Shown here: positions 1 through 8,284 of the stretch, in pieces | Layout: each line of letters opens with the position of its first letter | Position numbering within the stretch: the stretch's first letter is position 1 | NCBI GenBank assembly: GCA_965248575.1 | Contig: CBDFJQ010000002.1 | Span: 192,001-256,000 of the forward strand | Source of the DNA: Planctomycetota bacterium | GTDB lineage: Bacteria > Planctomycetota > B15-G4 | Direction: 5' to 3' | Length of the DNA stretch: 64,000 nt | Program-made: the position numbers and the translations under genes | Notes under the pieces: model-generated | Seen by the model: the letters and a program-made list of their open reading frames with translations, nothing else | What the model was told of the DNA's origin: nothing | Databases searched by the model: none

Positions 1-59
1 ACCCTCTCCGTGGGGGGGGGCAGGAGGGCGCGTGGTTCCTTCCATCGGACGTTCTTCGA

Positions 60-968
60 TCAGCGTCCGTTCAGCTTCCAGCTGTAGTCGAAGTACTCGA
101 GGTCGAGGTCGTCCTCGTGACGCTTGATGAACGCCACGGCCTGCTCGGGTGCGTACAACTTCACGAAGTCCAGCAGCTCGCGCCCGCCCGTCTCGAAGTC
201 GTCATCGAACCAATCGAAGATCTTGGAGAGGTAGAGGTTTGGGCTCTTGCCACCGAAGAAGCCGCTCTCGATCTTTGTAGCCAGGCCCTTCTCGGTGTTG
301 GCCAGGAAGCGACGGGTAGCGTTCGTGAGCTGCACATCGAGCGTCGCGCCCAGGTAGGCCTCCGAGCGGAGATCGGGGCAGCTGAAACTGGCGCAGACCA
401 GGGCGAAGTGCACACGAGCGTCACCCATGGGGCGCAGGATCTCGTGCTCGATGGCGTCCAGGCTGTAGAGGCGCCCGGAGACCGACCAGCGCTCCGCCTT
501 CCAGCGCTTGCTCGATGAGATGTCCTTGATGCCCTCGATGTGACCGAGGTGATCGAGGATCAACTCCACGGTGAAGGCGTTGTAGGCGTTGATCCAGAAG
601 GCCGTGCGTTCGGAGCGGGACAGACTCGATGGCTTGGTGGCATCCAGGGCCTTCAGATAGGCATGAAGCTGGGGACGCTGCTTTGCGAGCCCCGTGTAGT
701 CGACGATGCCCGCGTGCACAAACTCCGCCAACAGGTCGTGCCAACCCTGGTGGATGCCGCGCTCCACCGGCGGGGCGGCCAGCGGGGCGGGTGAGAGCGA
801 GCCTTCGTCCTCTGGCTTCGGGACCACGGGCGCGGCTGACTGGGGAGCACCGGCCACGGCGTCTTGATGCAATCGCATGGAATCCGCGGACGAGGCGGGG
901 GTCTGGCTTCCGATCGCGGGCGTCAGCCCAAGCAATGCGAGTCCGAGCAGGAGTTGCGAGAGGTCCAT
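60..968 (-). CDS. DUF547 domain-containing exported protein
   Basis: Motifs AFWINAYNA, SLDAIEH, RVHFALVCASFSCP, LSKIFDWF and C-terminal YDWxLN-like YSWKLN; signal peptide after ATG 968 (MDLSQLLLGLALLG). Start could be further upstream (up to 1031). Confidence 0.85.
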   Translation of the reverse strand: MDLSQLLLGLALLGLTPAIGSQTPASSADSMRLHQDAVAGAPQSAAPVVPKPEDEGSLSPAPLAAPPVERGIHQGWHDLLAEFVHAGIVDYTGLAKQRPQLHAYLKALDATKPSSLSRSERTAFWINAYNAFTVELILDHLGHIEGIKDISSSKRWKAERWSVSGRLYSLDAIEHEILRPMGDARVHFALVCASFSCPDLRSEAYLGATLDVQLTNATRRFLANTEKGLATKIESGFFGGKSPNLYLSKIFDWFDDDFETGGRELLDFVKLYAPEQAVAFIKRHEDDLDLEYFDYSWKLNGR

Positions 969-1027
969 GAGCTTGATCACCTCGATCTGAAACATGGGAT
1001 GGGTCCGCCAAGGGGCGTGCATGAGCC

Positions 1028-2587
1028 TCATGATGTGACCGAGGCCCTGGATTCGTTCGGAAGTCCCGGCGCGGGGTCTGGCTGCATGGGATGCCGCTCG
1101 GGACGCTCAAGGTGCTGCGCCCTGGACGCACTTTCCCGCTTGGTGGAGTAGGCCACCCACCCGAAGCCGAGGGCGTAAAGGAAAAGGAAGGGGGAGAACA
1201 GCTGGTAGCCGCCCCGGAGATGCAGCACACAGCCAGCTGCCGTCCAGAGAGCCAGGGCCCATTCGGCGCGCTGCAGGCGCTCAGGAGGTAGTCGGTAGCA
1301 ACCACCCGCGTGCTCTCGGCCCACCACCCGGCGCTTGGGTGTTCGCACGAACTCGCTGCTCTTTCCGATCAGCGCCTCGAACACGGCCACGCTGTTGGAG
1401 AGGGCGATACCGGTGCCCACCAGCATGAGTGCTGGCAGGGATTTCAGTGTGTGCCACACACGACGGCCCAAGGCGCGTTGCGAAAGGATGTAGAGGGTGC
1501 TGGGCCCGCACGTGCCGACGAACAGGAGCGCTGCGAGTGCCATCCCATGAAAGTTGTCCGTGGATTCATGCCCAAGAACCCACTGCACGGGAACTGACAG
1601 CAAGGCCACGCTCAACATCAGGGGGTGGATCAGGTAGTGCGTGAGATGGAGTGTTGCTTGCAGCCTGGTCGTCCAGGGCAACGGAGCCCGCAGCACCGTG
1701 CCGAGCAACTTCATGGCGGTCTGGATGGATCCCTTCGCCCAACGTCGCTGCTGACTCTTGAACGATGTCATGTCGGCTGGGATCTCGGCGGGCACGCCTG
1801 TCTCGAGCAGGTACTCGATGCGCCATCCCTTGAGCTGGGCGCGGTACGAGAGGTCGAGGTCTTCCGTCAGGGTGTCTCCGGCCCAGCCGCCGGCCTCATC
1901 GATGGCGCGTCGTCGCCACACCCCTGCGGTGCCATTGAAGTTCAGGAACCACCCGCTCCAGGAGCGGGCGGCCTGTTCGACACCAAAGTGGCCGTCGATG
2001 GCCAGGGCCTGGAGCCGGGTCAACGGGTTGAACTCCCGATCGAGGTGCTCCCATCGGCACTGCACGACGCCCACGTCCGGGTCCCGGAAGAACGGCGCCG
2101 TGCGTTCCAGGAAGCCGGGGTCGGGGACGAAATCCGAATCGAAGATGGCGACCCACTCGCCCCGTGCGCTGTCCAGCCCCGCCGCGAGGGCTCCGGCCTT
2201 GAAGCCCGAGCGCTCGGTGCGGTGCAGATGGACGATCGAGAGCCCGCGCGCCCTGTGCTGGGCCACCAACTTCGCGATCTGATCGCGCGTGGAATCCGTG
2301 GAGTCATCCAGGACCTGGATCTCCAGGCGCTCCCGTGGATAGCGCAGCGCGCAACACGCCTCGATGAGGCGGTCGATCACGAAGCGTTCGTTGAACACCG
2401 GCAGCTGGACGGTGACGAAGGGGGGCTCCGCAGTTGGCGCCAGACCGGAGGCTTGCAGCGCACGCTGCCGGTTGAGGTTCGAGCGGCGATGCCGCAGGAA
2501 TTGCCAGGACAGCACGTAGCAGTTGAGGCCGTAGATGGCCAAGCCAACCACGGCGATCCAGTGCAGGTTCACGAGCAGCTGGTTCAT
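1028..2587 (-). CDS. GT2 glycosyltransferase, cellulose synthase-like (processive, membrane-bound)
   Basis: TVQLPVFNE, DDSTD, FKAGAL, DSD, TED and QQRRW motifs (D,D,D,QxxRW); ATG 2587 overlaps the upstream stop (ATGA). Confidence 0.9.
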   Translation of the reverse strand: MNQLLVNLHWIAVVGLAIYGLNCYVLSWQFLRHRRSNLNRQRALQASGLAPTAEPPFVTVQLPVFNERFVIDRLIEACCALRYPRERLEIQVLDDSTDSTRDQIAKLVAQHRARGLSIVHLHRTERSGFKAGALAAGLDSARGEWVAIFDSDFVPDPGFLERTAPFFRDPDVGVVQCRWEHLDREFNPLTRLQALAIDGHFGVEQAARSWSGWFLNFNGTAGVWRRRAIDEAGGWAGDTLTEDLDLSYRAQLKGWRIEYLLETGVPAEIPADMTSFKSQQRRWAKGSIQTAMKLLGTVLRAPLPWTTRLQATLHLTHYLIHPLMLSVALLSVPVQWVLGHESTDNFHGMALAALLFVGTCGPSTLYILSQRALGRRVWHTLKSLPALMLVGTGIALSNSVAVFEALIGKSSEFVRTPKRRVVGREHAGGCYRLPPERLQRAEWALALWTAAGCVLHLRGGYQLFSPFLFLYALGFGWVAYSTKRESASRAQHLERPERHPMQPDPAPGLPNESRASVTS

Positions 2588-3909
2588 CGAGGCGTTTCCA
2601 GGGCGCCATGGCGCCAGCGCTTCCAGACCAGCAGCACCAGCCAGAGAAAGAGGGGGGCGTACTCGGGCAGCTTGAGCAGGGGCCACTCAACCCACTGCCC
2701 TGTTTCGCGGATCTCAAGCTGGGGAAGCCAGGTGAGAGCCATCGTTCCGCTGAGGGCGATCCATCCCCACCACGGGAAGAAGCAGAAGAAGGGCAGCAGC
2801 GTCATCAGGTACCACGGATGAACGGTAGGCAGGGTCAGGATGAGTGCCCCGAGCAAGATGGCGCACGTCTTGAGGGGCAGGTCCTGCTCCTCTGGGCTGT
2901 GCAGAAAGTTGCGCATGGCAAAGCAGGCAACGCCAGCCCAGACCACGAGCATGACGAAACGGCTTCCGTCGGGCGAGAGGGCTGTCGCTGCCAAGGCGTG
3001 GAGCGAGTCATTGGTGTGCATCGTGCTTCCGAAGCGGCTCAGTGAGTCGAACAGCCCCGACCCACCCAAGAGGAAGGGCGTCGCCAATAGGAGCCCCACG
3101 AGAGCAGGCACGAACCAGACCGACGGCCGGGCCCAGCGGCGGGCCGCCAGGAAGGCGGGCAGGGTCGCCAAGACGAATCCCTTGGCGAGCAGCGCACAGG
3201 CCACGGCGGCTGCTGCCGTCGCGAGCCTTCTCCGGGAGAGGAGCAAGAATGCTGCGAAGAGACAGGCCACCGCGACCACATCGTGGTGGCCTGTCGCAGC
3301 GGTGGAATGGATCGCGAGCGGGTTCCACACGTACAGCAGCAGCCTCGAGCGGGGCAGCCCCCGATGCGAAAGGAGTGCGAACACACACAGGCACAGGCCG
3401 AGTTCGGCGAGCAGGAAGGAGAGCTTGAAGGCGAGCTCACGCGGCGCGACGGCCACGACCCCCCGATGCCACCACTGCATCAGCGGAGGGTAGATGGCAG
3501 GCCAGCTCGGGTGGTTGATGAGTGGGTGCTCAGGAGCGGTGGTCGCCAGCTGCTGCAGGGCAGGGGCATCTGGGGCCAGCACGTAGGGGTTGTGGCCCGC
3601 CGCCGTGACCCGGCCTTCCCAGATGTAGCGATGCATGTCGTCTGTCGGTGTGGTGGGGATCACCATCAGCCGACAGAGAATGGCAACCGCGACAACGAAT
3701 CCGAGCGGAATCGCCCGCTGGGCCAGGCGCTCTTGCTTGAGCAATCGGGCTGCCGCCAGGGCGTAGGCTCCGAAGGCCAAGCCGAAGCACGCGAGGCTTG
3801 CCACGGGGTGCTGGACGAAGCGGTCGCAAAGGGCATAGGCCCCCCAGGCTGAAAGCATGACCAGCCCGCAGGTGAGTGTCAGCTTGCTTTGGGGGAGGGC
3901 GAGCAGCAC
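2584..3909 (-). CDS. GT-C fold integral membrane glycosyltransferase (GT87/DUF2029-like)
   Basis: TDDMHRYIWEG, NPY, IYPP, WNPL, GHHD and HPWY motifs; many TM helices; GTG start. Confidence 0.8.
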   Translation of the reverse strand: MLLALPQSKLTLTCGLVMLSAWGAYALCDRFVQHPVASLACFGLAFGAYALAAARLLKQERLAQRAIPLGFVVAVAILCRLMVIPTTPTDDMHRYIWEGRVTAAGHNPYVLAPDAPALQQLATTAPEHPLINHPSWPAIYPPLMQWWHRGVVAVAPRELAFKLSFLLAELGLCLCVFALLSHRGLPRSRLLLYVWNPLAIHSTAATGHHDVVAVACLFAAFLLLSRRRLATAAAAVACALLAKGFVLATLPAFLAARRWARPSVWFVPALVGLLLATPFLLGGSGLFDSLSRFGSTMHTNDSLHALAATALSPDGSRFVMLVVWAGVACFAMRNFLHSPEEQDLPLKTCAILLGALILTLPTVHPWYLMTLLPFFCFFPWWGWIALSGTMALTWLPQLEIRETGQWVEWPLLKLPEYAPLFLWLVLLVWKRWRHGALETPR

Positions 3910-4122
3910 GGAGATCGAAGTCGCTTGGCGGGGGGGGGAGGGAGCGGGGCGGGGTCTGGTCGAGGTCGTGGGCTTGGGCAGGGAGATCCTAAGGATCCCG
4001 TTTTAAGGAACCAGGGCGTTGGGCGGGCTCCGATCAGCAGCCACCCCAGCGCCCTCGAAGTGCGGGGGGCGGGTGATAACCTCTCCGGCCGTAGGGTTTA
4101 TTGACTCATAGGAGATTTGGCT

Positions 4123-4908
4123 GTGTCCTCGCTCGTGAAACTGGAACGCGCCCACGGCGTGGCTTGGCTGACGCTCGACCGACCGGAGGTCATGAACGCG
4201 CTGTCCTTCCAAACGCTGCTGGACCTGAAGGCTCACATCGCAACGTTGGCGGAGGACGCCACGACCCGGGTCGTCTTGGTCACGGGCAGCGGTGAACGGG
4301 CCTTTTGTGCAGGGGCCGATCTCAAGGAGCGCGTGGGTTTCACGGAGCAGAAGACCCGGGAGTTCGTGCACCTCATCGGGGACACCTTCAGCGCACTGTC
4401 GCGCTTGCCGCAGCCGAGCATTGCCGTCCTGGCCGGTGTCGCATTCGGGGGTGGGCTCGAGCTGGCGCTCGCCTGCGACATGCGCATCGCATCCGAGGGC
4501 GTGAAGATGGGTTTGACCGAAACCTCCCTGGCCATCATTCCAGGAGCCGGCGGCACGCAGCGCTTGCCTGCCGTGGTGGGGGTGGCCCGTGCGAAGGAAC
4601 TGATCCTCTCCTCGCGGCGCATTGATGCGACCGAGGCAGCATCCATGGGTCTGCTGAACCGAATGGTTCCCGCCGGCGACCTGCGCCAGGCCGCTGGTGT
4701 CATGGCCGACGCCATCGCCGCCTGCGGTCCGCTCGCGGTCCGCGCTGCAAAGCAGGCCCTCGACACCTTCCAGGACGGGGGAGCCCTGGACGCTCGACTC
4801 GAACGCGAACGGGCTCTCTATCTCGAGCATGTGCTGCCGTCGAGTGACCGCTTGGAGGCCCTCGCGGCGTTTCGCGAAAAGCGCAAGCCGGTCTTCAAAG
4901 GCGAGTAG
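4123..4908 (+). CDS. Enoyl-CoA hydratase/isomerase (crotonase; methylglutaconyl-CoA hydratase-like)
   Basis: AFCAGADLKER, GGGLELALACD, LTET and IPGAGGTQRL motifs; GGAGA RBS at 4111-4115 (GTG 4123 or TTG 4117). Confidence 0.9.
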   Translation: MSSLVKLERAHGVAWLTLDRPEVMNALSFQTLLDLKAHIATLAEDATTRVVLVTGSGERAFCAGADLKERVGFTEQKTREFVHLIGDTFSALSRLPQPSIAVLAGVAFGGGLELALACDMRIASEGVKMGLTETSLAIIPGAGGTQRLPAVVGVARAKELILSSRRIDATEAASMGLLNRMVPAGDLRQAAGVMADAIAACGPLAVRAAKQALDTFQDGGALDARLERERALYLEHVLPSSDRLEALAAFREKRKPVFKGE

Positions 4909-4935
4909 CCGGTCGCCCTGAAGCCTGAATTGAAT

Positions 4936-5020
4936 CCGGGACCGAGCGAGAGGCTTTCAGCCCTCGTCCGGCCCCGGAAGGAGACGCCGGGCCTCACGTC
5001 ATCCGTGTGAGGCCAAGGCG
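4936..5020. terminator. Two GC-rich hairpins between convergent genes (probable terminators)
   Basis: Imperfect stem CCGGG..CGAG-GGCT/AGCC-CTCG..CCCGG (4936-4977) and GGCCTCAC/GTGAGGCC (4990-5014); no clear U-tract. Confidence 0.45.
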
Positions 5021-5051
5021 CCAGGTCCTGGGTGACGACTCTTGGCTTGGC

Positions 5052-6020
5052 TCAGAAGACGAAACCGGCCGACAGGTAGTAGGCCAGGTCGTTCTTGCCA
5101 TCCTGGGCGCCTGTAGAGTCAGTCGCGGGGTCGGTGTCGCGCGTGTGCTCCATGCCCAGCTTGACGGTCCAGGGGTCCTCGGCCTCGAGGACCATGCGGT
5201 ACTCCGCCTTGGTCACGAAGACGAAGCCGCCGCGGGTCTCCAAGCCCGGGTAGACGTCGGACGACAGAGCGATGCTGCGATCGGCACTCAGCTGGTTGAA
5301 GTAGTCCATACCGAGCTGCGCTTCGCGCGACCACTTGGCGCCAGGGACACCTGTATCCTTGGCCGTGCCCACACCGACTCGACCGACCCAACGCTCCTTG
5401 TCGTTCTCGATCCAGGGGTACGCACCGCCGGCGATCACGCGCAGGCGCTGGTCGTAGGCCTTGAACTTGTCGTCATCCACGGAGCCCTGGAGGTAGGGAC
5501 GCCAAACGGAGTCGTCAAGGAACCACTCGCGGCGAGCTTCGAGATAGGCGCGGCGGACGGTGGGTTTGCCAGACTTCTTGGTACCACCCCCCGCCTTGGG
5601 AACTTGCGACTCGGAGCGCGCCTTCTCGTACAAGAAAGCGTACTGGTCAACGGCAACGTCGTCTTCGTGGCGAGCCGTGATGTCAACGCGCGCACCCTGA
5701 TCCTGCGAGTTGCCGCGCTTGCCGCTGGCAGAGATGTCGAAGGTGCCTGACCAGGGCGAACTCACCTCGGCTTCGGCCACTTCCTCTTCGGTCTGCTTCG
5801 GCTTGAAGGCCGCGCGCTGCAGTGTGATGTTCCCGAGCTCACCGTGGTCGATCACGATGTAACCAGCGGTGGATTCCAAGAGTCGCCCGGTGAAGCGATC
5901 GCCGTTGTTCATGTCGACGACGATTTCTGTGCCCACGTCTTCGGCTTCCTGTGCGGAGAGCGGCGACGAAAGGCCGAGAGACAGCAACAGAACAGTAACT
6001 GCGGTGATTCTCACGTTCAT
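5052..6020 (-). CDS. DUF481 family outer-membrane beta-barrel protein
   Basis: Signal peptide, small N-terminal domain (NGDRFTG), WSG...GNS motif, amphipathic beta strands, C-terminal Phe (SAGFVF). Confidence 0.75.
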   Translation of the reverse strand: MNVRITAVTVLLLSLGLSSPLSAQEAEDVGTEIVVDMNNGDRFTGRLLESTAGYIVIDHGELGNITLQRAAFKPKQTEEEVAEAEVSSPWSGTFDISASGKRGNSQDQGARVDITARHEDDVAVDQYAFLYEKARSESQVPKAGGGTKKSGKPTVRRAYLEARREWFLDDSVWRPYLQGSVDDDKFKAYDQRLRVIAGGAYPWIENDKERWVGRVGVGTAKDTGVPGAKWSREAQLGMDYFNQLSADRSIALSSDVYPGLETRGGFVFVTKAEYRMVLEAEDPWTVKLGMEHTRDTDPATDSTGAQDGKNDLAYYLSAGFVF

Positions 6021-6328
6021 GGTCCAGCGGAGGGATCGGAGGGTCGCCGAAGGGGGGCGGGCGACCTGTCAGAGGGCGAAAGACTATCGAGCGGCCACAC
6101 CGTGAGTCCAGCTTGTTGGACCTCTCCATTGCTTTAGTGACACACCACGAGTTCTAGGAGGCCCGGGCAGTCGATTCGTGTGCGGATGGAAGCACGCTCA
6201 GCGCTGGGGCAGGGGGCTCTGAAAGGCGCAGCGACTCGTTCCCATCAATGGTCCCGTCCGGCGGCCCGTCTGGATGCCGATCCCAGGCCTGGGTACCGCA
6301 CGCTTCTCGCAGATATGAGGGGATCAGC

Positions 6329-6715
6329 ATGTTCCAAGCCCTGCCAACCGTCCGCCGCTCCGAGCAGAAGCTCCTGGGGGCGCTGGCGCACGGCGCTGCC
6401 TTCCTGGGTCTGGTGGTCGCTCTACCCGGCATGAACGTCCTGGGTCCCTTGGTGATCTGGCTGGCTCATCGGGACGACGGAGGTTTCGTCGAAGACCAGG
6501 CTCGCACGTCGCTCAACTTCCAGATCAGCATGTCCTTGATCTGGTTGGCGGCCCTGCCCTTCGCGTTCCTGCTCGTTGGAATCCCGGTCCTGATCCTCTT
6601 GCCGATCTTTGCCGCCGTGCTCGTGGTCATCGCCATCATCGCCGCCGCGACAGGCAAGACACACCGCTACCCCTTCAGCATGACCTTCGTGCGGGGGCCG
6701 GGAGACGCTGCGTGA
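6329..6715 (+). CDS. DUF4870 (Tic20-like) membrane protein
   Basis: LAH...GPLVIW...FV..Q...SLNFQIS...YP pattern; GAGGGG RBS before ATG 6329. Confidence 0.85.
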   Translation: MFQALPTVRRSEQKLLGALAHGAAFLGLVVALPGMNVLGPLVIWLAHRDDGGFVEDQARTSLNFQISMSLIWLAALPFAFLLVGIPVLILLPIFAAVLVVIAIIAAATGKTHRYPFSMTFVRGPGDAA

Positions 6716-6743
6716 GACCGAGGCAGCCGTGAGCTCTGGCCGG

Positions 6744-8021
6744 TCACATCCCCTTGAGTCGGCCCACCGGATGCAGCTTGCCCGCCAGCGGGGCCGCGTA
6801 GTTGACGAAGGCCTGGGTGACATTGTTGCCGTCCTTGTTCACGAAACTGGCCGGCATGACCTTGGTGAACTTCGCAACCTTCTTGAGCGGCGCGAGGCCT
6901 GCAGTGCAGCGGTAGCGAGTGCCAGCGGCTCGCTTGAGAACCACGGTCCCGCTCTTCTTGGTCTTGGCGAAGCCCACGGCTGCCCGGCCCACGAGGCGAG
7001 CTTCAGCGGCATCTGATTCGCTCCAGCACCCGGCGAACGAGCGCTGCAGGTAGCCGAAGGTGTCGGCTCTCACCCGGGCGCCAGGCATGGCCTTCTTGAT
7101 CAGGCCGGAGAGGTGGTCGCCGAGCGCACCCGAACCACTGAGTTGCACGTTTCCGTGGGCGTCGCGTTCGGCGCGCGCCACCATCTTCTCGGCGATGGTC
7201 TTGCCGCGCTTGTCATGGATGCCCTCGCTGACCGCCACGACGCAGCGACCGAGGCGCTTGTGGACCATCTTGACGTCCGCAACAAAGCGGCGCTCATCGA
7301 AGGCCACCTCCGGCACATACACGAGGTGCGGGCCGTCGTCGTCGAATTGGCGCCCCAGGACCGAGGCCGCCGTGAGGAAGCCCGCATGCCGGCCCATGAC
7401 GATGTTGATCTTCACGCCCTTCAGCGAGCGGTTGTCGAGATTGTCGCCCATGAAGGCTTGGGCTACGAAGCGGGCGGCGCTGCCGAAACCGGGGCAGTGG
7501 TCGGTGACTCTCAAATCGTTGTCGATGGTCTTGGGGACGTGGAAGACCTGGAGCGGGTACTTCTCGTCACGAGCGCACTCGAGCAGGATGTTCGCCGTCT
7601 CCGCTGAGTCGTTGCCGCCGATGTAGAAGACGTAGCGGATGTCCCGCTTGCGGAAGGTCTCGAACATCGCGAGGCATTCGTCGGGCGTGGGCTTCTTGCG
7701 CACGGAGCCGAGGGCAGCTGCCGGGGTCAGGGCCACCTTCTCAAGTGTGGCGGCGCTCTGGTTGTCGAGTCGGACCAGGTCGTCGGCCAGGATGCCCGAG
7801 ACGCCGTGGCGGGCTCCGAAAACCTTGTCGATGAAGCCACAGGCCTTCGCCGCCTCGATCACGCCCACGAGAGACTGGTTGATGACCACGGTCGGACCAC
7901 CTGACTGGCCGATGACGGCGTTTCCCAGGGTCGGCTTCGCAGGTGCCTTGGAGGCGACCTTGGATCGACGAGTCGAGGCGTTCTTGGAGCGTTTCGTGGA
8001 CCGGATGGACGAGGTAGCCAT
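6744..8021 (-). CDS. pfp: 6-phosphofructokinase, probably PPi-dependent
   Basis: GQSGGPT, GGNDS, PKTIDNDL, MGRHAG, SEG and GYLQRS motifs; Asp in GGND and Lys in PKT are the PPi-type residues. Confidence 0.85.
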   Translation of the reverse strand: MATSSIRSTKRSKNASTRRSKVASKAPAKPTLGNAVIGQSGGPTVVINQSLVGVIEAAKACGFIDKVFGARHGVSGILADDLVRLDNQSAATLEKVALTPAAALGSVRKKPTPDECLAMFETFRKRDIRYVFYIGGNDSAETANILLECARDEKYPLQVFHVPKTIDNDLRVTDHCPGFGSAARFVAQAFMGDNLDNRSLKGVKINIVMGRHAGFLTAASVLGRQFDDDGPHLVYVPEVAFDERRFVADVKMVHKRLGRCVVAVSEGIHDKRGKTIAEKMVARAERDAHGNVQLSGSGALGDHLSGLIKKAMPGARVRADTFGYLQRSFAGCWSESDAAEARLVGRAAVGFAKTKKSGTVVLKRAAGTRYRCTAGLAPLKKVAKFTKVMPASFVNKDGNNVTQAFVNYAAPLAGKLHPVGRLKGM

Positions 8022-8183
8022 GGGGGCAGGCTCAACAGGAGGCGGGTGGGAATTGGCGCGGCGGTCGGGGCCCCCCTCATGGACGAGGTGCTAGATGGGG
8101 CCTGCGAGCCAGTGTTAGGGACCCGCCCCTGGGAAGTCCAGACCGGAGGCGCTCGCTCAGGACTGTCGAGATGCTCGCATTCG

Positions 8184-8212
8184 TTGACACTCCGATGCGT
8201 GGTGTCTACCTT
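8184..8212 (+). promoter_or_regulatory. Sigma70-type promoter for the SIR2-STAND gene
   Basis: TTGACA (8184-8189), 17-nt spacer, TACCTT (8207-8212); inverted repeat GACAC/GTGTC overlaps it. Confidence 0.6.
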
Positions 8213-8284
8213 GGTCGGCCCTCGTGCGGCGAAAAGTCCCGGTGTAGTTCATCGGGCCGTGCCGCGGGCCCGGAATGTATTGAG

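Noticed and set aside
1..45. Possible start of a further minus-strand gene (MEGTTRPPAPPHGEG)
   Set aside because: Only 15 codons are visible; cannot be supported or named.
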